Origin: Eledone cirrhosa
Taxonomy: Eukaryota
Direction of reading: 5' to 3'
Length of the DNA: 64,000 nucleotides
NCBI GenBank assembly: GCA_964016885.1
Contig: CAXHJY010000491.1
Coordinates: 1-64,000 of the forward strand
Shown: positions 20,801-35,800 of the stretch, in pieces
Position numbering within the stretch: the stretch's first letter is position 1
Layout of the letters: each line of letters starts with the position of its first letter
Notes under the pieces: generated by a model
The model's database searches: none
What the model was told of the DNA's origin: nothing
Seen by the model: only the letters and a program-made list of their open reading frames with translations
Translations under genes and position numbers: made by a program

Positions 20801-23800
20801 AATATAGCAAGTACTGAGACAGTTACAACAATATAGCAAGTACTGAGACTGTTACAACAATATAGCAAGTACTGACTACTGAGACTGTTACAACACTATA
20901 GCAAGTACTGAGACTGTTAAAACACTATAGCAAGTACTGAGACTGTGACAACACTATAGCAAGTACTGAGACTGTTACAACACTATTGCAAGTACTGAGA
21001 CTGTAACAACACTATATCAAGTAGTGAGACTGTTACAACACTATAGCAAGTACTGAGACTGTTACAACACTATAGTAAGTACTGAGACTGTTACAGCACT
21101 GTATCAAGTACTGAGACTGTTACAACACTATAGCAAGTACTGAGACTGTTACAACACTACAGCAAGTACTGAGACTGTTACAGCACTATAGCAAGTACTG
21201 AAACTGTTACAGCACTATAGAAAGTACTGAGTCTATTACAACACTATTGCAAGTTCTGAGACTGTTACAACACTATAACAAGTACTGAGACTGTTACAAC
21301 ACTATAGCAAGTACTGAGACAGTTACAGCACGATAGCAAGTACTGAGACTGTTACAGCACTATAGTAAGTACTGAGACTGTTACAAGACTATAGCAAGTA
21401 ATGAGACTGTTACAACACTATAGCAAGTACTGACTACTGAGATTGTTACAACACTATAGCAAGTACTGAGACAGTTACAACACTATAGCAAGTACTGACT
21501 ACTGAGATTGTTACAACACTATAGCAAGTACTGAGAGTGTTACAACAATATAGCAGGTACTGAGACAGTTAAAACACTATAGCAAGTACTGAGACTGTTA
21601 CAACAATATAGCAAGTACTGAGACTGTTACAACACTATAGCAAGTACTGAAACTGTTACAACACTATAGCAAGTACTGAGACTGTTACAACAATATAGCA
21701 AGTACTGACTACTGAGACTGTTACAACATTACAGCAAGTACTGAGACTGTTACAACACTATAGCAAGTACTGAGACTGTTACAACATTATAGCAAGTACT
21801 GAGACTGTTACAGCACTATAGCAAGTACTGAAACTGTTACAGCACTATAGCAAGTACTGAGAATGTTACGACACTATAGCAAGTATTGAGACTGTTACAA
21901 CACTATAGCAAGAATTGACTACTGAGATTGTTACAACACTATAGCAAGTACTGAGACTGTTACAACACTATAGCAAGTACTGACTACTGAGATTGTTACA
22001 ACACTATAGCAAACACTGAGACTGTTACAACACTATAGCAAGTACTGAGACTGTTACAGTACTATAGCAAGTACTGAGACTGTTACACCATTATAGCAAG
22101 TACTGAGATTGTTACAATTATATAGCAAGTACTGAGACTGTTACAACAATATAGCAAGTACTGACTACTGAGACTGTTACAACACTATAGCAAGTACTGA
22201 GACTGTTACAACACTATAGCAAACACTGAGACTGTTACAACACTATAGCAAGTACTGAGACTGTTACAACACTATAGCAAGTACTGAGACTGTTACAACA
22301 CTATAGCAAGTACTGAGACTGTTACAACAATATAGCAAATACTGAGACTGTTACAACACTATAGCAAGTACTGAGACTGTTACAACACTATATCAAGTAC
22401 TGAGACTGTTACAACACTATAGCAAGTACTGAGACTGTTACAACACTATAGCAAGTACTGAGACTGTTACAGCACTATAGCAAGTACTGAGACTGGTACA
22501 CCAATATAGCAAGTACTGAGACTGTTACAACAATATAGCAAGTACTGAGACTGTTACAACAATATAGCAAGTACTGACTACTGAGACTGTTACAACACTA
22601 TAGCAAGTACTGAGACTATTAAAACACTATAGCAAGTACTGAGACTGTGACAACACTATAGCAAGTACTGAGACTGTTACAACACTATTGCATGTACTGA
22701 GACTGTAACAACACTATATCAAGTAGTGAGACTGTTACAACACTATAGCAAGTACTGAGACTGTTACAACACTATAGCAAGTACTGAGACTGTTACAGCA
22801 CTGTATCAAGTACTGAGACTGTTACAACACTATAGAAAGTACTGAGACTGTTACAACACTATAGCAAGTACTGAGTCTGTTACAGCACTATAGCAAGTAC
22901 TGAAACTGTTACAGCACTATAGCAAATACTGAGACTGTTACGACACTATAGCAAGTATTGAGACTGTTACAACACTATAGCAAGTATTGACTACTGAGAT
23001 TGTTACAACACTATAGCAAGTACTGAGACTGTTACAACACTATAGCAAGTACTGACTACTGAGATTGTTACAACACTATAGCAAGTACTGAGACTGTTAC
23101 AGCACGATAGCAAGTACTGAGACAGTTACAACACTATTGCATGCACTAAGACTGTAACAACACTATATCAAGTACTGAGACTGTTACAACACTATAGCAA
23201 GTACTGAGACAGTTACAGCACGATAGCAAGTACTGAGACTGTTACAGCACTATAGTAAGTACTGAGACTGTTACAACACTATAGCAAGTACTGAGACTGT
23301 TACAACACTATAGCAAGTACTAAGACTGTTACAGCACTATAGCAAGTACTGAGACTGTTACAGCACTATAGAAAGTACTGAGTCTATTACAACACTATTG
23401 CAAGTTCTGAGACTGTTACAACGCTATAACAAGTACTGAGACTGTTACAACACTATAGCAAGTACTGAGACAGTTACAGCACGATAGCAAGTACTGAGAC
23501 TGGTACAGCACTATAGTAAGTACTTAGACTGTTATAAGACTATAGCAAGTAATGAGACTGTTACAACAGTGTAGCAAGTACTGACTACTGAGATTGTTAC
23601 AACACTATAGCAAGTACTGTGACTGTTACAACACTATAGCAAGTACTGACTACTGAGATTGTTACAACACTATAGCAAGTACTGAGACTGTTACAGCACG
23701 ATAGCAAGTACTGAGACTGTTACAACAATATAGCAGGTACTGAGACAGTTAAAACACTATAGCAAGTACTGAGACTGTTACAACACTATAGCAAGTACTG

Positions 23801-26800
23801 AGACTGTTACAGCACTATAGCAAGTACTGAGACTGGTACACCAATATAGCAAGTACTGAGACTGTTACAACAATATAGCAAGTACTGAGACTGTTACAAC
23901 AATATAGCAAGTACTGACTACTGAGACTGTTACAACACTATAGCAAGTACTGAGACTGTTAAAACACTATAGCAAGTGCTGAGACTGTTACAACAATATA
24001 GCAAGTACTGAGACTGTTACAGCACTGTAGCAAGTACTGAGACTGTTACAACACTATAGCAAGTACTGAGACTGTTACAACACTATAGCAAGTACTGAGA
24101 CTGTTACAGCACTATAGCAAGTACTGAGACTGTTACAACACTATAGCAAGTACTGAAACTTTTACAACACTATAGCAAGTACTGAGACTGTTACAACAAT
24201 ATAGCAAGTACTGACTACTGAGACTGTTACAACATTACAGCAAGTACTGAGACTGTTACAACACTATAGCAAGTACTGAGACTGTTACAACATTATAGCA
24301 AGTACTGAGACTGTTACAGCACTATAGCAAGTACTGAAACTGTTACAGCACTATAGCAAGTACTGAGAATGTTACGACACTATAGCAAGTATTGAGACTG
24401 TTACAACACTATAGCAAGTATTGACTACTGAGATTGTTACAACACTATAGCAAGTACTGAGACTGTTACAACACTATAGCAAGTACTGACTACTGAGATT
24501 GTTACAACACTATAGCAAACACTGAGACTGTTACAACACTATAGCAAGTACTGAGACTGTTACAGCACTATAGCAAGTACTGAGACTGTTACACCAGTAT
24601 AGCAAGTACTGAGATTGTTACAATAATATAGCAAGTACTGAGACTGTTACAACAATATAGCAAGTACTGACTACTGAGACTGTTACAACACTATAGCAAG
24701 TACTGAGACTGTTACAACACTATAGCAAACACTGAGACTGTTACAACACTATAGCAAGTACTGAGACTGTTACAACACTATAGCAAGTACTGAGACTGTT
24801 ACAACACTAGAGCAAGTACTGAGACTGTTACAACAATATAGCAAGTACTGAGACTGTTACAACACTATATCAAGTACAGAGACTGTTACAACACTATAGC
24901 AAGTACTGAGACTGTTACAACACTATAGCAAGTACTGAGACTGTTACAACACAATATCAAGTACTGAGACTGTTACAACATTATAGCAAGTACTGAGACT
25001 GTTACAACACTATAGCAAGTACTGAGACTGTTACAGCACTATAGCAAGTACTGAGACTGGTACACCAATATAGCAAGTACTGAGACTGTTACAACAATAT
25101 AGCAAGTACTGAGACTGTTACAACAATATAGCCAGTACTGACTACTGAGACTGTTACAACACTATAGCAAGTACTGAGACTGTTAAAACACTATAGCAAG
25201 TACTGAGACTGTGACAACACTATAGCAAGTACTGAGACTGTTACAACACTATTGCATGTACTGAGACTGTAACAACACTATATCAAGTAGTGAGTCTGTT
25301 ACAACACTATAGCAAGTACTGAGACTGTTACAACACTACAGCAAGTACTGAGACTGTTACAGCACTGTATCAAGTACTGAGACTGTTACAACACTATAGA
25401 AAGTACTGAGACTGTTACAACACTATAGCAAGTACTGAGTCTGTTACAGCACTATAGCAAGTACTGAAACTGTTACAGCACTATAGCAAGTACTGAGACT
25501 GTTACAACACTATAGCAAGTATTGACTACTGAGATTGTTACAACACTATAGCAAGTACTGAGACTGTTACAACACTATAGCAAGTACTGACTACTGAGAT
25601 TGTTACAACACTATAGCAAGTACTGAGACTGTTACAGCACGATAGCAAGTACTGAGACTGTTACAACACTATTGCATGTACTAAGACTGTAACAACACTA
25701 TATCAAGTACTGAGACTGTTACAACACTATAGCAAGTACTGAGACAGTTACAGCACGATAGCAAGTACTGAGACTGTTACAGCACTATAGTAAGTACTGA
25801 GACTGTTACAACACTATAGCAAGTACTGAGACTGTTACAACACTATAGCAAGTACTAAGACTGTTACAGCACTATGGCAAGTACTGAGACTGTTACAGCA
25901 ATTATAGAAAGTACTGAGTCTATTACAACACTATTGCAAGTTCTGAGACTGTTACAACACTATAACAAGTACTGAGACTGTTACAACACTATAGCAAGTA
26001 CTGAGACAGTTACAGCACGATAGCAAGTACTGAGACAGGTACAGCACTATAGTAAGTACTTAGACTGTTACAAGACTATAGCAAGTAATGAGACTGTTAC
26101 AACTGTGTAGCAAGTACTGACTACTGAGATTGTTACAACACTATAGCAAGTACTGAGACTGTTACAACACTATAGCAAGTACTGACTACTGAGATTGTTA
26201 CAACACTATAGCAAGTACTGAGACTGTTACAGCACGATAGCAAGTACTGAGACTGTTACAACAATATAGCAGGTACTGAGACAGTTAAAACACTATATCA
26301 AGTACTGAGACTGTTACAACACTATAGCAAGTACTGAGACTGTTACAGCACTATAGCAAGTACTGAGACTGGTACACCAATATAGCAAGTACTGAGACTG
26401 TTACAACAATATAGCAAGTACTGAGACTGTTACAACAATATAGCAAGTACTGACTACTGAGACTGTTACAACACTATAGCAAGTACTGAGACTGTTAAAA
26501 CACTATAGCAAGTACTGAGACTGTGACAACAGTGTAGCAAGTACTGAGACTGTTACAACACTATTGCATGTACTGAGACTGTAACAACACTATATCAAGT
26601 AGTGAGACTGTTACAACACTATAGCAAGTACTGAGACTGTTACAACACTATAGCAAGTACTGAGACTGTTACAGCACTGTATCAAGTACTGAGACTGTTA
26701 CAACACTATAGAAAGTACTGAGACTGTTACAACACTATAGCAAGTACTGAGACTGTTACAGCACTATAGCAAGTACTGAAACTGTTACAGCACTATAGCA

Positions 26801-29800
26801 AGTATTGAGACTGTTACGACACTATAGTAAGTATTGAGACTGTTACAACACTATAGCAAGTATTGACTACTGAGATTGTTACAACACTATAGCAAGTACT
26901 GAGACTGTTACAACACTATAGCAAGTACTGACTACTGAGATTGTTACAACACTATAGCAAGTACTGAGACAGTTACAGCACGATAGCAAGTACTGAGACT
27001 GTTACAACACTATTGCATGTACTAAGACTGTTACAACACTATAGCAAGTACTGAGACAGTTACAGCACGATGGCAAGTACTGAGACTGTTACAGCACTAT
27101 AGTAAGTACTGAGACTGTTACAACACTATAGCAAGTACTGAGACTGTTACAACACTATAGCAAGTACTGAGACTGTTACAGAACTATAGCAAGTACTGAG
27201 ACTGTTACAGCACTATAGAAAGTACTGAGTCTATTACCACACTATTGCAAGTTCTGAGACTGTTACAGCACTATAGTAAGTACTTAGACTGTTACAAGAC
27301 TATAGCAAGTAATGAGACTGTTACAACAGTGTAGCAAGTACTGACTACTGAGATTGTTACAACACTATAGCAAGTACTGAGACTGTTACAACACTATAGC
27401 AAGTACTGACTACTGAGATTGTTACAACACTATAGCAAGTACTGAGACTGTTACAGCACGATAGCAAGTACTGAGACTGTTACAACACTATTGCATGTAC
27501 TAAGACTGTAACAACACTATATCAAGTACTGAGACTGTTACAACAATATAGCAAGTACTGAGACTGTTACAACAATATAGCAAGTACTGACTACTGAGAC
27601 TGTTACAACACTATAGCAAGTACTGAGACTATTAAAACACTATAGCAAGTACTGAGACTGTGACAACACTATAGCAAGTACTGAGACTGTTACAACACTA
27701 TTGCATGTACTGAGACTGTAACAACACTATATCAAGTAGTGAGACTGTTACAACACTATAGCAAGTACTGAGACTGTTACAACACTATAGCAAGTACTGA
27801 GACTGTTACAGCACTGTATCAAGTACTGAGACTGTTACAACACTATAGAAAGTACTGAGACTGTTACAACACTATAGCAAGTACTGAGTCTGTTACAGCA
27901 CTATAGCAAGTACTGAAACTGTTACAGCACTATAGCAAGTACTGAGACTGTTACGACACTATAGCAAGTATTGAGACTGTTACAACACTATAGCAAGTAT
28001 TGACTACTGAGATTGTTACAACACTATAGCAAGTACTGAGACTGTTACAACACTATAGCAAGTACTGACTACTGAGATTGTTACAACACTATAGCAAGTA
28101 CTGAGACTGTTACAGCACGATAGCAAGTACTGAGACAGTTACAACACTATTGCATGCACTAAGACTGTAACAACACTATATCAAGTACTGAGACTGTTAC
28201 AACACTATAGCAAGTACTGAGACAGTTACAGCACGATAGCAAGTACTGAGACTGTTACAGCACTATAGTAAGTACTGAGACTGTTACAACACTATAGCAA
28301 GTACTGAGACTGTTACAACACTATAGCAAGTACTAAGACTGTTACAGCACTATAGCAAGTACTGAGACTGTTACAGCACTATAGAAAGTACTGAGTCTAT
28401 TACAACACTATTGCAAGTTCTGAGACTGTTACAACACTATAACAAGTACTGAGACTGTTACAACACTATAGCAAGTACTGAGACAGTTACAGCACGATAG
28501 CAAGTACTGAGACTGGTACAGCACTATAGTAAGTACTTAGACTGTTATAAGACTATAGCAAGTAATGAGACTGTTACAACAGTGTAGCAAGTACTGACTA
28601 CTGAGATTGTTACAACACTATAGCAAGTACTGTGACTGTTACAACACTATAGCAAGTACTGACTACTGAGATTGTTACAACACTATAGCAAGTACTGAGA
28701 CTGTTACAGCACGATAGCAAGTACTGAGACTGTTACAACAATATAGCAGGTACTGAGACAGTTAAAACACTATAGCAAGTACTGAGACTGTTACAACACT
28801 ATAGCAAGTACTGAGACTGTTACAGCACTATAGCAAGTACTGAGACTGGTACACCAATATAGCAAGTACTGAGACTGTTACAACAATATAGCAAGTACTG
28901 AGACTGTTACAACAATATAGCAAGTACTGACTACTGAGACTGTTACAACACTATAGCAAGTACTGAGACTGTTAAAACACTATAGCAAGTACTGAGACTG
29001 TTACAACAATATAGCAAGTACTGAGACTGTTACAACACTATAGCAAGTACTGTGACTGTTACAACACTATAGCAAGTACTGAAACTTTTACAACACTATA
29101 GCAAGTACTGAGACTGTTACAACAATATAGCAAGTACTGACTACTGAGACTGTTACAACATTACAGCAAGTACTGAGACTGTTACAACACTATAGCAAGT
29201 ACTGAGACTGTTACAACATTATAGCAAGTACTGAGACTGTTACAGCACTATAGCAAGTACTGAAACTGTTACAGCACTATAGCAAGTACTGAGAATGTTA
29301 CGACACTATAGCAAGTATTGAGACTGTTACAACACTATAGCAAGTATTGACTACTGAGATTGTTACAACACTATAGCAAGTACTGAGACTGTTACAACAC
29401 TATAGCAAGTACTGACTACTGAGATTGTTACAACACTATAGCAAACACTGAGACTGTTACAACACTATAGCAAGTACTGAGACTGTTACAGCACTATAGC
29501 AAGTACTGAGACTGTTACACCAGTATAGCAAGTACTGAGATTGTTACAATAATATAGCAAGTACTGAGACTGTTACAACAATATAGCAAGTACTGACTAC
29601 TGAGACTGTTACAACACTATAGCAAGTACTGAGACTGTTACAACACTATAGCAAACACTGAGACTGTTACAACACTATAGCAAGTACTGAGACTGTTACA
29701 ACACTATAGCAAGTACTGAGACTGTTACAACACTAGAGCAAGTACTGAGACTGTTACAACAATATAGCAAGTACTGAGACTGTTACAACACTATATCAAG

Positions 29801-32800
29801 TACAGAGACTGTTACAACACTATAGCAAGTACTGAGACTGTTACAACACTATAGCAAGTACTGAGACTGTTACAACACAATATCAAGTACTGAGACTGTT
29901 ACAACATTATAGCAAGTACTGAGACTGTTACAACACTATAGCAAGTACTGAGACTGTTACAGCACTATAGCAAGTACTGAGACTGGTACACCAATATAGC
30001 AAGTACTGAGACTGTTACAACAATATAGCAAGTACTGAGACTGTTACAACAATATAGCCAGTACTGACTACTGAGACTGTTACAACACTATAGCAAGTAC
30101 TGAGACTGTTAAAACACTATAGCAAGTACTGAGACTGTGACAACACTATAGCAAGTACTGAGACTGTTACAACACTATTGCATGTACTGAGACTGTAACA
30201 ACACTATATCAAGTAGTGAGTCTGTTACAACACTATAGCAAGTACTGAGACTGTTACAACACTACAGCAAGTACTGAGACTGTTACAGCACTGTATCAAG
30301 TACTGAGACTGTTACAACACTATAGAAAGTACTGAGACTGTTACAACACTATAGCAAGTACTGAGTCTGTTACAGCACTATAGCAAGTACTGAAACTGTT
30401 ACAGCACTATAGCAAGTACTGAGACTGTTACAACACTATAGCAAGTATTGACTACTGAGATTGTTACAACACTATAGCAAGTACTGAGACTGTTACAACA
30501 CTATAGCAAGTACTGACTACTGAGATTGTTACAACACTATAGCAAGTACTGAGACTGTTACAGCACGATAGCAAGTACTGAGACTGTTACAACACTATTG
30601 CATGTACTAAGACTGTAACAACACTATATCAAGTACTGAGACTGTTACAACACTATAGCAAGTACTGAGACAGTTACAGCACGATAGCAAGTACTGAGAC
30701 TGTTACAGCACTATAGTAAGTACTGAGACTGTTACAACACTATAGCAAGTACTGAGACTGTTACAACACTATAGCAAGTACTAAGACTGTTACAGCACTA
30801 TGGCAAGTACTGAGACTGTTACAGCAATTATAGAAAGTACTGAGTCTATTACAACACTATTGCAAGTTCTGAGACTGTTACAACACTATAACAAGTACTG
30901 AGACTGTTACAACACTATAGCAAGTACTGAGACAGTTACAGCACGATAGCAAGTACTGAGACAGGTACAGCACTATAGTAAGTACTTAGACTGTTACAAG
31001 ACTATAGCAAGTAATGAGACTGTTACAACTGTGTAGCAAGTACTGACTACTGAGATTGTTACAACACTATAGCAAGTACTGAGACTGTTACAACACTATA
31101 GCAAGTACTGACTACTGAGATTGTTACAACACTATAGCAAGTACTGAGACTGTTACAGCACGATAGCAAGTACTGAGACTGTTACAACAATATAGCAGGT
31201 ACTGAGACAGTTAAAACACTATATCAAGTACTGAGACTGTTACAACACTATAGCAAGTACTGAGACTGTTACAGCACTATAGCAAGTACTGAGACTGGTA
31301 CACCAATATAGCAAGTACTGAGACTGTTACAACAATATAGCAAGTACTGAGACTGTTACAACAATATAGCAAGTACTGACTACTGAGACTGTTACAACAC
31401 TATAGCAAGTACTGAGACTGTTAAAACACTATAGCAAGTACTGAGACTGTGACAACACTGTAGCAAGTACTGAGACTGTTACAACACTATTGCATGTACT
31501 GAGACTGTAACAACACTATATCAAGTAGTGAGACTGTTACAACACTATAGCAAGTACTGAGACTGTTACAACACTATAGCAAGTACTGAGACTGTTACAG
31601 CACTGTATCAAGTACTGAGACTGTTACAACACTATAGAAAGTACTGAGACTGTTACAACACTATAGCAAGTACTGAGACTGTTACAGCACTATAGCAAGT
31701 ACTGAAACTGTTACAGCACTATAGCAAGTATTGAGACTGTTACGACACTATAGTAAGTATTGAGACTGTTACAACACTATAGCAAGTATTGACTACTGAG
31801 ATTGTTACAACACTATAGCAAGTACTGAGACTGTTACAACACTATAGCAAGTACTGACTACTGAGATTGTTACAACACTATAGCAAGTACTGAGACAGTT
31901 ACAGCACGATAGCAAGTACTGAGACTGTTACAACACTATTGCATGTACTAAGACTGTTACAACACTATAGCAAGTACTGAGACAGTTACAGCACGATGGC
32001 AAGTACTGAGACTGTTACAGCACTATAGTAAGTACTGAGACTGTTACAACACTATAGCAAGTACTGAGACTGTTACAACACTATAGCAAGTACTGAGACT
32101 GTTACAGAACTATAGCAAGTACTGAGACTGTTACAGCACTATAGAAAGTACTGAGTCTATTACCACACTATTGCAAGTTCTGAGACTGTTACAGCACTAT
32201 AGTAAGTACTTAGACTGTTACAAGACTATAGCAAGTAATGAGACTGTTACAACAGTGTAGCAAGTACTGACTACTGAGATTGTTACAACACTATAGCAAG
32301 TACTGAGACTGTTACAACACTATAGCAAGTACTGACTACTGAGATTGTTACAACACTATAGCAAGTACTGAGACTGTTACAGCACGATAGCAAGTACTGA
32401 GACTGTTACAACACTATTGCATGTACTAAGACTGTAACAACACTATATCAAGTACTGAGACTGTTACAACACTATAGCAAGTACTGAGACAGTTACAGCA
32501 CGATAGCATGTACTGAGACTGTTACAGCACTATAGTAAGTACTGAGACTGTTACAACACTATAGCAAGTACTGAGACTGTTACAACACCATAGCAAGTAC
32601 TAACACTGTTACAGCACTATAGCAAGTACTGAGACTGTTACAGCACTATAGAAAGTACTGAGTCTATTACAACACTATTGCAAGTTATGAGACTGTTACA
32701 ACACTATAACAAGTACTGAGACTGTTACAACACTATAGCAAGTACTGAGACAGTTACAGCACGATAGCAAGTACTGAGACTGGTACAGCACTATAGTAAG

Positions 32801-35800
32801 TACTTAGACTGTTACAAGACTATAGCAAGTAATGAGACTGTTACAACAGTGTAGCAAGTACTGACTACTGAGATTGTTACAACACTATAGCAAGTACTGA
32901 GACTGTTACAGCACGATAGCAAGTACTGAGACTGTTACAACAATATAGCAGGTACTGAGACAGTTAAAACACTATAGCAAGTACTGAGACTGTTACAACA
33001 CTATAGCAAGTACTGAGACTGTTACAGCACTATAGCAAGTACTGAGACTGGTACACCAATATAGCAAGTACTGAGACTGTTACAACAATATAGCAAGTAC
33101 TGAGACTGTTACAACAATATAGCAAGTACTGACTACTGAGACTGTTACAACACTATAGCAAGTACTGAGACTGTTAAAACACTATAGCAAGTACTGAGAC
33201 TGTTACAACAACATAGCAAGTACTGAGACTGTTACAACACTATAGCAAGTACTGTGACTGTTACAACACTATAGCAAGTACTGAAACTGTTACAACACTA
33301 TAGCAAGTACTGAGACTGTTACAACAATATAGCAAGTACTGACTACTGAGACTGTTACAACATTACAGCAAGTACTGAGACTGTTACAACACTATAGCAA
33401 GTACTGAGACTGTTACAACATTATAGCAAGTACTGAGACTGTTACAGCACTATAGCAAGTACTGAAACTGTTACAGCACTATAGCAAGTACTGAGAATGT
33501 TACGACACTATAGCAAGTATTGAGACTGTTACAACACTATAGCAAGTATTGACTACTGAGATTGTTACAGCACTATAGCAAGTACTGAGACTGTTACAAC
33601 ACTATAGCAAGTACTGACTACTGAGATTGTTACAACACTATAGCAAACACTGAGACTGTTACAACACTATAGCAAGTACTGAGACTGTTACAGCACTATA
33701 GCAAGTACTGAGACTGTTACACCAGTATAGCAAGTACTGAGATTGTTACAATAATATAGCAAGTACTGAGACTGTTACAACAATATAGCAAGTACTGACT
33801 ACTGAGACTGTTACAACACTATAGCAAGTACTGAGACTGTTACAACACTATAGCAAACACTGAGACTGTTACAACACTATAGCAAGTACTGAGACTGTTA
33901 CAACACTATAGCAAGTACTGAGACTGTTACAACACTAGAGCAAGTACTGAGACTGTTACAACACTATAGCAAGTACTGAGACTGTTACAACACTATATCA
34001 AGTACTGAGACTGTTACAACACTATAGCAAGTACTGAGACTGTTACAACACTATAGCAAGTACTGAGACTGTTACAGCACTATAGCAAGTACTGAGACTG
34101 GTACACCAATATAGCAAGTACTGAGACTGTTACAACAATATAGCAAGTACTGAGACTGTTACAACAATATAGCAAGTACTGACTACTGAGACTGTTACAA
34201 CACTATAGCAAGTACTGAGACTGTTAAAAAACTATAGCAAGTACTGAGACTGTGACAACACTATAGCAAGTACTGAGACTGTTACAACACTATTGCATGT
34301 ACTGAGACTGTAACAACACTATATCAAGTAGTGAGACTGTTACAACACTATAGCAAGTACTGAGACTGTTACAACACTACAGCAAGTACTGAGACTGTTA
34401 CAGCACTGTATCAAGTACTGAGACTGTTACAACACTATAGAAAGTACTGAGACTGTTACAACACTATAGCAAGTACTGAGTCTGTTACAGCACTATAGCA
34501 AGTATTGAAACTGTTACAGCACTATAGCAAGTACTGAGACTGTTACGACACTATAGCAAGTATTGAGACTGTTACAACACTATAGCAAGTATTGACTACT
34601 GAGATTGTTACAACACTATAGCAAGTACTGAGACTGTTACAACACTATAGCAAGTACTGACTACTGAGATTGTTACAACACTATAGCAAGTACTGAGACT
34701 GTTACAACACTATTGCATGTACTAAGACTGTAACAACACTATATCAAGTACTGAGACTGTTACAACACTATAGCAAGTACTGAGACAGTTACAGCACGAT
34801 AGCAAGTACTGAGACTGTTACAGCACTATAGTAAGTACTGAGACTGTTACAACACTATAGCAAGTACTGAGACTGTTACAACACTATAGCAAGTACTAAG
34901 ACTGTTACAGCACTATAGCAAGTACTGAGACTGTTACAGCACTATAGAAAGTACTGAGTCTATTACAACACTATTGCAAGTTCTGAAACTGTTACAACAC
35001 TATAACAAGTACTGAGACTGTTACAACACTATAGCAAGTACTGAGACAGTTACAGCACGATAGCAAGTACTGAGACTGGTACAGCACTATAGTAAGTAGT
35101 TAGACTGTTACAAGACTATAGCAAGTAATAAGACTGTTACAACTGTGTAGCAAGTACTGACTACTGAGATTGTTACAACACTATAGCAAGTACTGAGACT
35201 GTTACAACACTATAGCAAGTACTGACTACTGAGATTGTTACAACACTATAGCAAGTACTGAGACTGTTACAGCACGATAGCAAGTACTGAGACTGTTACA
35301 ACAATATAGCAGGTACTGAGACAGTTAAAACACTATAGCAAGTACTGAGACTGTTACAACACTATAGCAAGTACTGAGACTGTTACAGCACTATAGCAAG
35401 TACTGAGACTGGTACACCAATATAGCAAGTACTGAGACTGTTACAACAATATAGCAAGTACTGAGACTGTTACAACAATATAGCAAGTACTGACTACTGA
35501 GACTGTTACAACACTATAGCAAGTACTGAGACTGTTAAAACACTATAGCAAGTACTGAGACTGTTACAACAATATAGCAAGTACTGAGACTGTTACAACA
35601 CTATAGCAAGTACTGTGACTGTTACAACACTATAGCAAGTACTGAAACTGTTACAACACTATAGCAAGTACTGAGACTGTTACAACAATATAGCAAGTAC
35701 TGACTACTGAGACTGTTACAACATTACAGCAAGTACTGAGACTGTTACAACACTATAGCAAGTACTGAGACTGTTACAACATTATAGCAAGTACTGAGAC

